From the sequence record OR770614.1: a stretch of 64,000 nt of DNA, one strand, 5' to 3'. Position numbers and translations under genes: made by a program. This document shows positions 56,635 to 64,000 of the stretch, one piece after another. Within the stretch, counting starts at the first letter, position 1, and every line of letters begins with the position of its first letter. The notes under the pieces were generated by a model. It saw only the letters and a list, made by a program, of their open reading frames with translations. It was not told where the DNA came from and ran no database searches.

Positions 56635-57732
56635 TTATCTCTCCATTTCTTGCATTTCTATTCTTTCAGTGTTTTGTTTAATTTCTTTAAGCTCTTCATA
56701 TCCTCTTTGTCTTTCATTATAAGCTTCTTCAGACATACGTTTAAGATCTTCTGTCATTTCAATCATATTGTTTTGAGTTTCTTTTAATACATCAATATCG
56801 ATAAATGATTTATTAGATTCATTAAACATTTGGATGGCATTATCTTTAAGGATATTAGAGTTACTTAATAGAATATCAGAAGTTGCTTCTCTAATAGCTT
56901 TATTAGTCTTAATAGCTTGTTGTTGTTGAATTAAGATAACAGCTTTAGTTAATTGAGACTTCCAAATAGGAATACTATTTACTAATGAATTATTAATACT
57001 TTCTTTTAAGTTATGGTTAATATTCTTAACCATTTCTAATTCGTAAACATTTTGTTTTGATAGAGCTAATGAAGTTCTTAAATCGTATAAACGTTTATCT
57101 AAATTATCTAAACCTTGTTCTTTATCTGATACTAATTGAATTTGATTTTGTTTACTTTCATCGTCATTAATATTTTTAACTTCTTCCATATCTTGCTTGA
57201 TTTCAAGTTTTAAGTCTTCTTGCTTTTGACTAGCTGCTTCAATGTAATCATTTAAAGTTTCATAATAATCTTTATTAGATTGAATTAATTTATCTAATGA
57301 ACTATTTGAATGATCTATATAAGAGCTTCCTTCTTTTAATTGTTTCTCTATGAATACCATATTATTTGATGCTGAATCAACTTTAGATAATTCTTTACCA
57401 ATTAATTTGTTCTTTTCTTTATTAAAGATACCTTTGATTTTCTCTAATATGCCAGGTTTGTCAACATCTGCATTAACATCATCAACCGCCTTCTGCGGAT
57501 CATAGGAATTAAACACATCTAACATTTCTTCTAGTACTTTATTTATTTGCTCATTTGAATCATTTTCTTTAATACGTTTTAAAACTTCATCTGATTCTTT
57601 AGAAAGTTTATTTTGAACTTCATGACCATAATTAATAATAGTGTTTTTATCAAGTACATTAATTTTATCTGCTTTCTTAATTACCTCTGGTGAAATATCT
57701 TTTCTTTCTACTAATTGATTATTATTTTCCAT
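56635..57732 (-). CDS. telA: Toxic anion resistance protein, TelA/YaaN family
   Basis: NTIINYGHEVQNKL...LDKRLYDL...QNVYELEMV...NSIPIWKSQL...NKAIREATSDILLSNS fits the TelA coiled-coil pattern. Confidence 0.85.
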   Translation of the reverse strand: MENNNQLVERKDISPEVIKKADKINVLDKNTIINYGHEVQNKLSKESDEVLKRIKENDSNEQINKVLEEMLDVFNSYDPQKAVDDVNADVDKPGILEKIKGIFNKEKNKLIGKELSKVDSASNNMVFIEKQLKEGSSYIDHSNSSLDKLIQSNKDYYETLNDYIEAASQKQEDLKLEIKQDMEEVKNINDDESKQNQIQLVSDKEQGLDNLDKRLYDLRTSLALSKQNVYELEMVKNINHNLKESINNSLVNSIPIWKSQLTKAVILIQQQQAIKTNKAIREATSDILLSNSNILKDNAIQMFNESNKSFIDIDVLKETQNNMIEMTEDLKRMSEEAYNERQRGYEELKEIKQNTERIEMQEMER

Positions 57733-57794
57733 ATCCTATACATCTCCTAATTTAATTATTTATTAAGTAAGTGAGTCTAATATTATTTTCAGAC

Positions 57795-57944
57795 TCAATC
57801 TCCATTATTTAAAACCTCATAATATACTAATTTATAACTACTTTTCTCTAAGTTTTCTTTACTAGGTTTTTGTTCTTCACCGCTACATGCTGCTAAAATA
57901 ACTGTTAAACATATTGTTAGACCTAAAATCATTAATTTCTTCAT
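57795..57944 (-). CDS. 49 aa lipoprotein (not in ORF track; possibly truncated)
   Basis: MKKLMILGLTICLTVILAAC lipobox. Confidence 0.55.
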   Translation of the reverse strand: MKKLMILGLTICLTVILAACSGEEQKPSKENLEKSSYKLVYYEVLNNGD

Positions 57945-57950
57945 TTTAAT

Positions 57951-58208
57951 TTAAATCCCCTTTATCCTTTTTATTAAATCTCCGAATTCACTTATAGAAT
58001 TATAAACTTTATCTCCATTCTCTTCTGTCTTCTTAGATAAATAATACTGAATGTCATTTTTATCCATTACCATATAAACTTCTAAAATTTCTTTTCTTTG
58101 ATTTTTTGCTAAATTAGAACTATCAAAATCACATCTAAATAGATAATTACTTATGGCATTTAACTTATATACATCGACATATTTTTCTATCTGTTTTATT
58201 TCATCCAA
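57951..58208 (-). CDS. Small helical protein, paralog of 61243-61518
   Basis: MDEIKQIEKYVDVYKLNAISNYL versus MEELKQIEKYLDVNKLNAISNYL. Confidence 0.7.
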   Translation of the reverse strand: MDEIKQIEKYVDVYKLNAISNYLFRCDFDSSNLAKNQRKEILEVYMVMDKNDIQYYLSKKTEENGDKVYNSISEFGDLIKRIKGI

Positions 58209-58227
58209 TGTTTTACCTACTCTCTAT

Positions 58228-58584
58228 TTAAATTTTACTTGCAAAATTCTTTAGAACTGATAAAATTGCTTCCTTGTCTACACTACTTGAATTTGATTCC
58301 TTGTCTACACTACTTGAATCTGATTCTTTACGTGAAATATCTTTTAAACCTTCTGCAATCTTACTTAAAGATTCTTCATATCTATATTCTACATGTAATT
58401 TTTCTAATTTTAAGTATTTTTCAAATACTTCTCCGTTAGTTTTTGGCTCTAAAGAATCAAAATCATCCCCTTGTAAAGCTATGCTTAATGCATCCAATTT
58501 TTCTTTATTAATATAATCACTTAATTCTTTTCTCATATATAATTCATCTCCTAATATTATTTTATATTTCTTTCTTCTAACCAT
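58228..58584 (-). CDS. Hypothetical protein with an internal 27-nt duplication
   Basis: Likely start MVRRKK after GGAG, coupled to the upstream stop; SSSVDKE occurs twice (58270-58319). Confidence 0.55.
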   Translation of the reverse strand: MVRRKKYKIILGDELYMRKELSDYINKEKLDALSIALQGDDFDSLEPKTNGEVFEKYLKLEKLHVEYRYEESLSKIAEGLKDISRKESDSSSVDKESNSSSVDKEAILSVLKNFASKI

Positions 58585-58954
58585 GTATTCTCCAAAATGA
58601 CTCATTAATTCTTTTCCCAATAACTTCATTTAAGTTAATTAAACCACTTATTAAATCTTGATCCTTAATGATATCATATACTGCATTAAAATCAATTGTT
58701 TCATAATCAACTTCAGGAATAGTGACATAATCTTCATCTTCTTCCTTCGCATTATATTCAGTATCATAATAAAACATATCATGACCTTCCACTTCAATAT
58801 CCAAATCACTACTATTTAAATTTAACTTTTCACCATCAATAAAAAGATTATAAAAAGCTCTACCTGGTTCCGATGGATACCATGCTCTTTTATTCAACTC
58901 ATTCAATAATTGTGCAGCCTCTTTAATTGTAAAAACTTCTCCAAATTTTTTCAT
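58577..58954 (-). CDS. Acidic hypothetical protein
   Basis: 125 aa ORF after the promoter at 58997-59012. Confidence 0.6.
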   Translation of the reverse strand: MKKFGEVFTIKEAAQLLNELNKRAWYPSEPGRAFYNLFIDGEKLNLNSSDLDIEVEGHDMFYYDTEYNAKEEDEDYVTIPEVDYETIDFNAVYDIIKDQDLISGLINLNEVIGKRINESFWRIHG

Positions 58955-59029
58955 ATCTAAATCATCCTTTTCATTATCTTATTTTATCTTTCAATTTTAT
59001 AATATATATTTATTTAATTCTTTACTAAT

Positions 59030-59380
59030 TTATAATTTATATAAAGCCATTAATGTGTTAATAGTTAATACAAATAAACTTATCATGTAAATATTCTTGT
59101 ATAATATTGTTACATTATTCTTATCAATTGATTTAAATAAAAAGAATATAAATGAACCACCGAACACTATTATTGATAATAATGAAACTCTTGGATCAAT
59201 ATAGTCTTTGAATAACATAATAAAGTTTGATATTAAAAGTATGAAGCTTATTGAAAATAATAACTTCATTTGTTTGATTACTGTATTTTGTTTCATATTT
59301 CCTATATTACTAAAAACAAACATTAACACTAACAAAGTATAAGTAATTAATAAAACCATTGTAATTAAATTTATAAACAT
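59030..59380 (-). CDS. Membrane protein (4 TM)
   Basis: Four hydrophobic helices. Confidence 0.65.
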   Translation of the reverse strand: MFINLITMVLLITYTLLVLMFVFSNIGNMKQNTVIKQMKLLFSISFILLISNFIMLFKDYIDPRVSLLSIIVFGGSFIFFLFKSIDKNNVTILYKNIYMISLFVLTINTLMALYKL

Positions 59381-59395
59381 ATCTATTTCACTCTC

Positions 59396-60058
59396 CTAAT
59401 CAATATTTGAATCCCAATAATAACTATTTTTAGATTTTAATAAAAAGTTATTACTTATAGAATTTCTTATATTATGTGTAATATTTTCATTTCCAACTAA
59501 AGACCATATAGTGTATATAAAAATTGATTTAAAAGTATAACCTCTATCATTTTCATTTAATATATCTTTTTTGTACTGTAATAATTCTTTAAATTCGAAA
59601 TATTTATTTATAATATCATCTACACTAAATTCAGGTATATATTTACTTCCAGATACATATAGTATTGCAGAAACTTTAATTATATATTTTTCTAAGTCAG
59701 ATTCTTTAATATTCTCATTTCTTATCTCATCTAACATTTCCATTAATCTTTGTTCGTAAGTTAAATGAGGTTCATGATTATTCAAACCAAAACGATTCAT
59801 TTCATCACTAACTCTACTTTCTATATGTTCTAGTCTTCTTTTTAGATATTTATCATTTCTATTAATTTGTCTTCTATAATCTTCATTAAGATTAAGTGAT
59901 ATATGACCATAATGATTATCTCTATCATATATTCCTGAATTCATTTCATTAATAATACTATCCATGTGTCTTTCTATATTTTCATTATTTCTATCATGTA
60001 TATTATCTAAACTATTTACCAAATAATCAAAGTCTTCTTCCATTCCCATATTTTTCAC
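59396..60058 (-). CDS. Hypothetical protein
   Basis: 220 aa ORF. Confidence 0.6.
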   Translation of the reverse strand: MKNMGMEEDFDYLVNSLDNIHDRNNENIERHMDSIINEMNSGIYDRDNHYGHISLNLNEDYRRQINRNDKYLKRRLEHIESRVSDEMNRFGLNNHEPHLTYEQRLMEMLDEIRNENIKESDLEKYIIKVSAILYVSGSKYIPEFSVDDIINKYFEFKELLQYKKDILNENDRGYTFKSIFIYTIWSLVGNENITHNIRNSISNNFLLKSKNSYYWDSNID

Positions 60059-60066
60059 CTCTTATT

Positions 60067-61224
60067 CTATTTGGAATATTCTTTAAATTCTTCAATATCT
60101 TTTAGTCTTTTCTGTTCTACTAATTTTCTATGAAGATTTTTAATAAATTTTTTCTTCTCTTTATCATTTAATCTATAATTAGTTTCTATCATGTTAGACC
60201 AATGATTTTTATCTAGATCTCTATCAATTCTTTTATCTTCAAGATAACTTAAATTATCATTTCTTCTTTTAACATCGGAAAGCACATAATTCATTAATCC
60301 TTCAGTATTAAAAGAAACTTTTTCAACTTTTATATCATGTAAATATAAATATAACTTTTTATCAATAAGAGATTCATTATTTAAAGATTCATGTTTAAAG
60401 AATATTTCAGAATTTTCATCTATATGATAATATTTATACTGTCTTTTATTAAAGAAAGCCAATTCATTATTGGATTGGTTTATGAAAAATTCTGGTCGAT
60501 ATATTAATCTCATTTCATTTCCGCTATTTTCATGAAATTGTAATTCATGTTTTTTAATATAGACCTTTTGATTTTCATCCACTATAACTAATTGAATCTT
60601 CTCATTTACTTCAACTAGTCCAATTAAAATTTTAGTTCCGAGAAAAGAATACTTATACATTTTATTAATATAATCGGAATAAAGTTCAAAAGAAGATTTT
60701 TCTAATTTAGGTAATTCATTTATATCACTATCTATTAAATCTTTAAATTGTCTAATAAAATTATTATCATCCTTTTTCATTTCATCTATATTTTTATAGA
60801 ATATATTTAATAATAATATTGGCAACATTTCAAATGACATTTCATAATCGAATAATTTACCTTTTTCAAATGGATCTATTTTAAAATGTGATGTTTGTGA
60901 TGGATCTCTATCCAATCTAGCATCAAATATTGGTATATTAATATCTCTATTAAACTCTAATTCTGGATGACTTAATAGATAATGTAAAGAATAATATCTT
61001 TCTTTTCCATCAAAAGCATTTTCTAATTTATATGAATGATTAAGTTTATCCATTAATTTTTCTTCATCTAAAGTTATTAATTTTTCAGCTTCTTTAAATT
61101 TTTTATCTTCATTATTATTTATTTTTCTTTTATTTTTTCTAAAAATAATATTTGAAATCACTATTGTAGAGATTCCTCCTACAATACCAGTTCCTGAAAA
61201 TGCATATAACAAAATATCAGACAT
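60067..61224 (-). CDS. Membrane-anchored protein, YYSLHYLL family
   Basis: Paralog of 55305-56633. Confidence 0.7.
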   Translation of the reverse strand: MSDILLYAFSGTGIVGGISTIVISNIIFRKNKRKINNNEDKKFKEAEKLITLDEEKLMDKLNHSYKLENAFDGKERYYSLHYLLSHPELEFNRDINIPIFDARLDRDPSQTSHFKIDPFEKGKLFDYEMSFEMLPILLLNIFYKNIDEMKKDDNNFIRQFKDLIDSDINELPKLEKSSFELYSDYINKMYKYSFLGTKILIGLVEVNEKIQLVIVDENQKVYIKKHELQFHENSGNEMRLIYRPEFFINQSNNELAFFNKRQYKYYHIDENSEIFFKHESLNNESLIDKKLYLYLHDIKVEKVSFNTEGLMNYVLSDVKRRNDNLSYLEDKRIDRDLDKNHWSNMIETNYRLNDKEKKKFIKNLHRKLVEQKRLKDIEEFKEYSK

Positions 61225-61242
61225 ACATTTATCCCTCCTTTC

Positions 61243-61518
61243 TTAGTTGAAATGTTGAGATCTAATTTCTTCAGCTATTTTTTTCGTTGCTTCTGAATTT
61301 GATTCTCCTAGTTCTTCTATCTTTTTAGCCAAGTAATAATTAACATCATTTTTATCCATTTCCATGTATAATTTTAAAATTTTTTCTCTTTCTGTTGTGC
61401 TTATAAAAGGTCTTCCATCTTGAAATGTTTCATCATAATCTTTTAAATATAAATAATTACTTATTGCATTTAACTTGTTTACGTCTAAGTATTTCTCTAT
61501 TTGCTTTAATTCTTCCAT
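61243..61518 (-). CDS. Small helical protein, paralog of 57951-58208
   Basis: Near-identical N-terminus. Confidence 0.7.
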   Translation of the reverse strand: MEELKQIEKYLDVNKLNAISNYLYLKDYDETFQDGRPFISTTEREKILKLYMEMDKNDVNYYLAKKIEELGESNSEATKKIAEEIRSQHFN

Positions 61519-61620
61519 TTTTTAATTCGCTCCTTAAAATTTATAATTAATTTATTTATACAAAAAATTAAAATAATAAGGATAATGACTAAATAAATAG
61601 CCATTATCCAAATTTAAATA

Positions 61621-61998
61621 TTAACAAAACTCATAAAAATCATAAAAATAAACTTTACCACTTTCTAATACAATTCCATGTAAAGATAAAGCTAAAGTAT
61701 GTCCATGTGCTAATGATGTAACACCTTTATCGAATACTTTTTGCATTACTGAAGCCCAATTGTCTATGCTCTCTTCATAACCACCAAATTTACTTTGTAA
61801 TATAGTATATAAATCTGATTCATAAAAATTATCAATAATATCAGATTTATTTGAATCATCGAAAGAGTCGTCTTCTTCATATGAAGAAATTACTGTGTCT
61901 ACGAAACTATCAATACTTTCTTTATCGATTTCAGTTAAAACATTTCCATCTTTTTCAATTACTTCTAAAATTACTTCTTTAAATTCTTTTTTATTCAT
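61621..61998 (-). CDS. Acidic hypothetical protein
   Basis: 125 aa ORF with GGAG RBS. Confidence 0.6.
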   Translation of the reverse strand: MNKKEFKEVILEVIEKDGNVLTEIDKESIDSFVDTVISSYEEDDSFDDSNKSDIIDNFYESDLYTILQSKFGGYEESIDNWASVMQKVFDKGVTSLAHGHTLALSLHGIVLESGKVYFYDFYEFC

Positions 61999-62017
61999 AT
62001 CCTAAACATCTCCTATT

Positions 62018-62365
62018 TTATATTTGTTTATTTTGTTTTAAATGAGGTATTAACTCATTTAAAACATAATTATCTACTTTGATTCCGAAATCCTCAGCTG
62101 AATCTGTTATCAATATATTATTGAATGTGAATTCATCTTCGAATAATAAAGATTTATCAGAAGTATCAATTCTAAATATTCCCTTTATATTGACTGTGTT
62201 GTTGTAGTTATTTTCGTATTCTATGTCTTCGAAAACTAAATAAACGTTTTCATCATATTTCTCGCTGTATACATTCCAAAATCTGTATAAAGATGATTCA
62301 ATATCCACTCTACCTAATATTTCATTTATAGAGTTTTTTAATTCTACTTTTTCATAATCTTTCAT
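62018..62365 (-). CDS. Acidic hypothetical protein
   Basis: 115 aa ORF with GGAG RBS. Confidence 0.6.
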   Translation of the reverse strand: MKDYEKVELKNSINEILGRVDIESSLYRFWNVYSEKYDENVYLVFEDIEYENNYNNTVNIKGIFRIDTSDKSLLFEDEFTFNNILITDSAEDFGIKVDNYVLNELIPHLKQNKQI

Positions 62366-62511
62366 ATCTAATTCACTCTCCTAATTAAATAATATTTTTG
62401 AAATAATGACTAAATTAATAATCGCTATATCACTATAATAATATATATTTAAAATACATTTAAACGCAATATAATAGAGGCAATGACAAGTTAATGTCAT
62501 TACCTCTTTAT

Positions 62512-62661
62512 CTACCTAAATAAATAAAATACTATTACTACAACTAAAATTGCAACTACAATTCCAGACCATCCCATAGGCGGAATTACTGCTAACGGTC
62601 CACGGAAGATAATACCTAATATTAATAATATAACTAATATAGCTATTAACCAAGTAATCAT
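62512..62661 (-). CDS. 49 aa 2-TM membrane protein (not in ORF track)
   Basis: AAGGAG RBS; MITWLIAILVIILILGIIFRGPLAVIPPMGWSGIVVAILVVVIVFYLFR*. Confidence 0.55.
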   Translation of the reverse strand: MITWLIAILVILLILGIIFRGPLAVIPPMGWSGIVVAILVVVIVFYLFR

Positions 62662-62727
62662 AATTTATCTCCTTTCTTAATTCATATAAATTACATATGA
62701 ATATAAGGATAAAGAGTTGTTTTATAA

Positions 62728-63192
62728 CTATTTAATTACTAGAGTCACTTCTTTAAAATCATTAATATTAAACTGAATATGTGATATATTAAATTTATAT
62801 TTTCCAGTTAAAATGATATTATCATTATATAAATCACTAATTATTTCGTACTCACGATTTTGTCCATCTTTAAATGTATGAGTATATTGATTAGTGTCAA
62901 TACCTAATGATTTTTTTACACTTTTGAAAAGAGATATTATTTCTTTAATTAGCGAATACATTAAAGGATAATCAATTGAAGTAACACTATTTACAGATTT
63001 AATTAATATAGTATCCGATTTTTTATCATATATGAAATTATCTTTAGATGTTTCTTTAATTAAAGCATTGTCAAATATAGTTAATAAAACATTTAGATTC
63101 TTATTTATTTCATTTTTACAATTTTCAACAGAACCTAATCTTTCTTCCATATCTTTCATTTTAGCATTTTTCTTTAAATCAATAATGTCCAT
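62728..63192 (-). CDS. Hypothetical protein
   Basis: 154 aa ORF after the promoter-hairpin at 63226-63276. Confidence 0.6.
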   Translation of the reverse strand: MDIIDLKKNAKMKDMEERLGSVENCKNEINKNLNVLLTIFDNALIKETSKDNFIYDKKSDTILIKSVNSVTSIDYPLMYSLIKEIISLFKSVKKSLGIDTNQYTHTFKDGQNREYEIISDLYNDNIILTGKYKFNISHIQFNINDFKEVTLVIK

Positions 63193-63225
63193 ATCCTAAA
63201 CACTCTCCTATTTTCTAATATATTA

Positions 63226-63276
63226 GAGGTAATGACAAATAATATGTCATTACCTCATTTTTATAATATATATTTA
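63226..63276 (-). promoter_or_regulatory. Early promoter plus GAGGTAATGA-family 5' hairpin
   Basis: TAAATATATATTATAA-AAA-TGAGGTAATGAC-ATATTATTT-GTCATTACCTCT, then RBS and ATG. Confidence 0.7.
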
Positions 63277-63395
63277 TTCTTCTTCTTGATCATAATCAGG
63301 TCTAGTATCTTTAAGTAAATCTTAAAGATCATCTTAAAATTAAAAAAAAATAAAGGATCATAGATATTAGTCTTAATGACTAATATCTATGATAT

Positions 63396-63713
63396 TTATA
63401 AACTATCAATAATAGGTGCCAATTCTGCACTAACATTTTCATTTGTTGATTCATAATAAGCACTTATTAAAATTTCTTTAAGTGATAATCCAGGATATGC
63501 TCTTACAATTTTATAGCATTCTGAAATTTCACGAATAGTAAATGAACTAATATGATTTTCATAAGTATCAACTATAGACATAGTTCCTTTATTATCAATT
63601 TCTGCTTGTTCTAATAAAACACTATCATTAATGACTTTTTTATTTCTTTCCGTCATCATTTCAACACCGAATTCGTTAAATAATCTTTCTAATTTTTCTT
63701 TACATATACACAT
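63396..63713 (-). CDS. Hypothetical protein
   Basis: 105 aa ORF with AAGGAG RBS; followed by a perfect hairpin at about 63357-63393. Confidence 0.6.
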   Translation of the reverse strand: MCICKEKLERLFNEFGVEMMTERNKKVINDSVLLEQAEIDNKGTMSIVDTYENHISSFTIREISECYKIVRAYPGLSLKEILISAYYESTNENVSAELAPIIDSL

Positions 63714-63733
63714 ATTTATCTTCTCCTTTTTTA

Positions 63734-64000
63734 TTAAGCTTCTTGTAAATCTTCATCGATTAAAGAAATTACTTCTTTTTTCTTATTTTCTAACTCTTCA
63801 ACGTTTAAAGCTTCTTCTAAAATGTAGTTATTTAAAAGAATTGTATCAATTGTAATAGATGAACCATTAATAGTAACATCGACAGTAACAGGAGTTGAAG
63901 AAACTTTTGCATTTAAATTAATAACTTCAGCATTATATTTTTCTTCTAAAGAAGATATGAATTCTTTTATATCTTTTTCTTTATATGCTAAAAATTCAGC
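63734..64000 (-). CDS. 3' end of a hypothetical protein (partial, runs off window end)
   Basis: Open frame AEFLAYKEKD...DEDLQEA* ending at 63734. Confidence 0.65.
   Translation of the reverse strand, partial: AEFLAYKEKDIKEFISSLEEKYNAEVINLNAKVSSTPVTVDVTINGSSITIDTILLNNYILEEALNVEELENKKKEVISLIDEDLQEA

Noticed and set aside
11866-63276. Dispersed GAGGTAATGA hairpins as integron attC sites or as intron remnants (they share GGTAATGA with the intron P8-J8/7 segment)
   Set aside because: No integrase, no attC-type extrahelical pattern, and the shared 8-mer is too short and AT-rich to imply descent
1-64000. tRNA, rRNA, retron or reverse transcriptase, phage-nucleus shell or tubulin genes
   Set aside because: No cloverleaf, YxDD RT motif or recognisable chimallin/PhuZ signature seen by eye; tRNAscan-SE and HMM searches would be needed to be certain

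Overview
A 64-kb segment of a very AT-rich jumbo bacteriophage genome of the AR9/PBS1/phiKZ-like type that infects a Firmicute; Staphylococcus is the most likely host (inference). Positions 1-7472 are a + strand late block: a phiLC3-type holin cassette, RusA and a large tail/receptor-binding protein. Almost everything from 7540 to 64000 is on the - strand. That part holds three subunits of a split multisubunit RNA polymerase (probably the non-virion enzyme), a T4-like primase, NAD-dependent ligase, RecA/UvsX, TelA and dozens of small early accessory genes. An HU-like gene is the only + strand exception. I reconstructed four group I introns by hand, each in a conserved RNAP motif. Three are ORF-less mini-introns of only 168-183 nt in the beta C-terminal gene; one is 1728 nt, carries an endonuclease and splits the catalytic DYDG/D motif of beta-prime. 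About 16-18 otherwise dissimilar proteins end in a shared C-terminal peptide (ITEKEYKxxxVKExFK-stop). Early genes use a recurring promoter (TAAATATATATTATAA), often followed by a 5' hairpin and RBS. The 19.7-23.7 kb region holds duplicated small-gene cassettes, a repeated 13-mer and a GC-rich orphan gene. I saw no tRNA, rRNA, CRISPR array or reverse transcriptase. All family calls come from motif recognition, not database searches.
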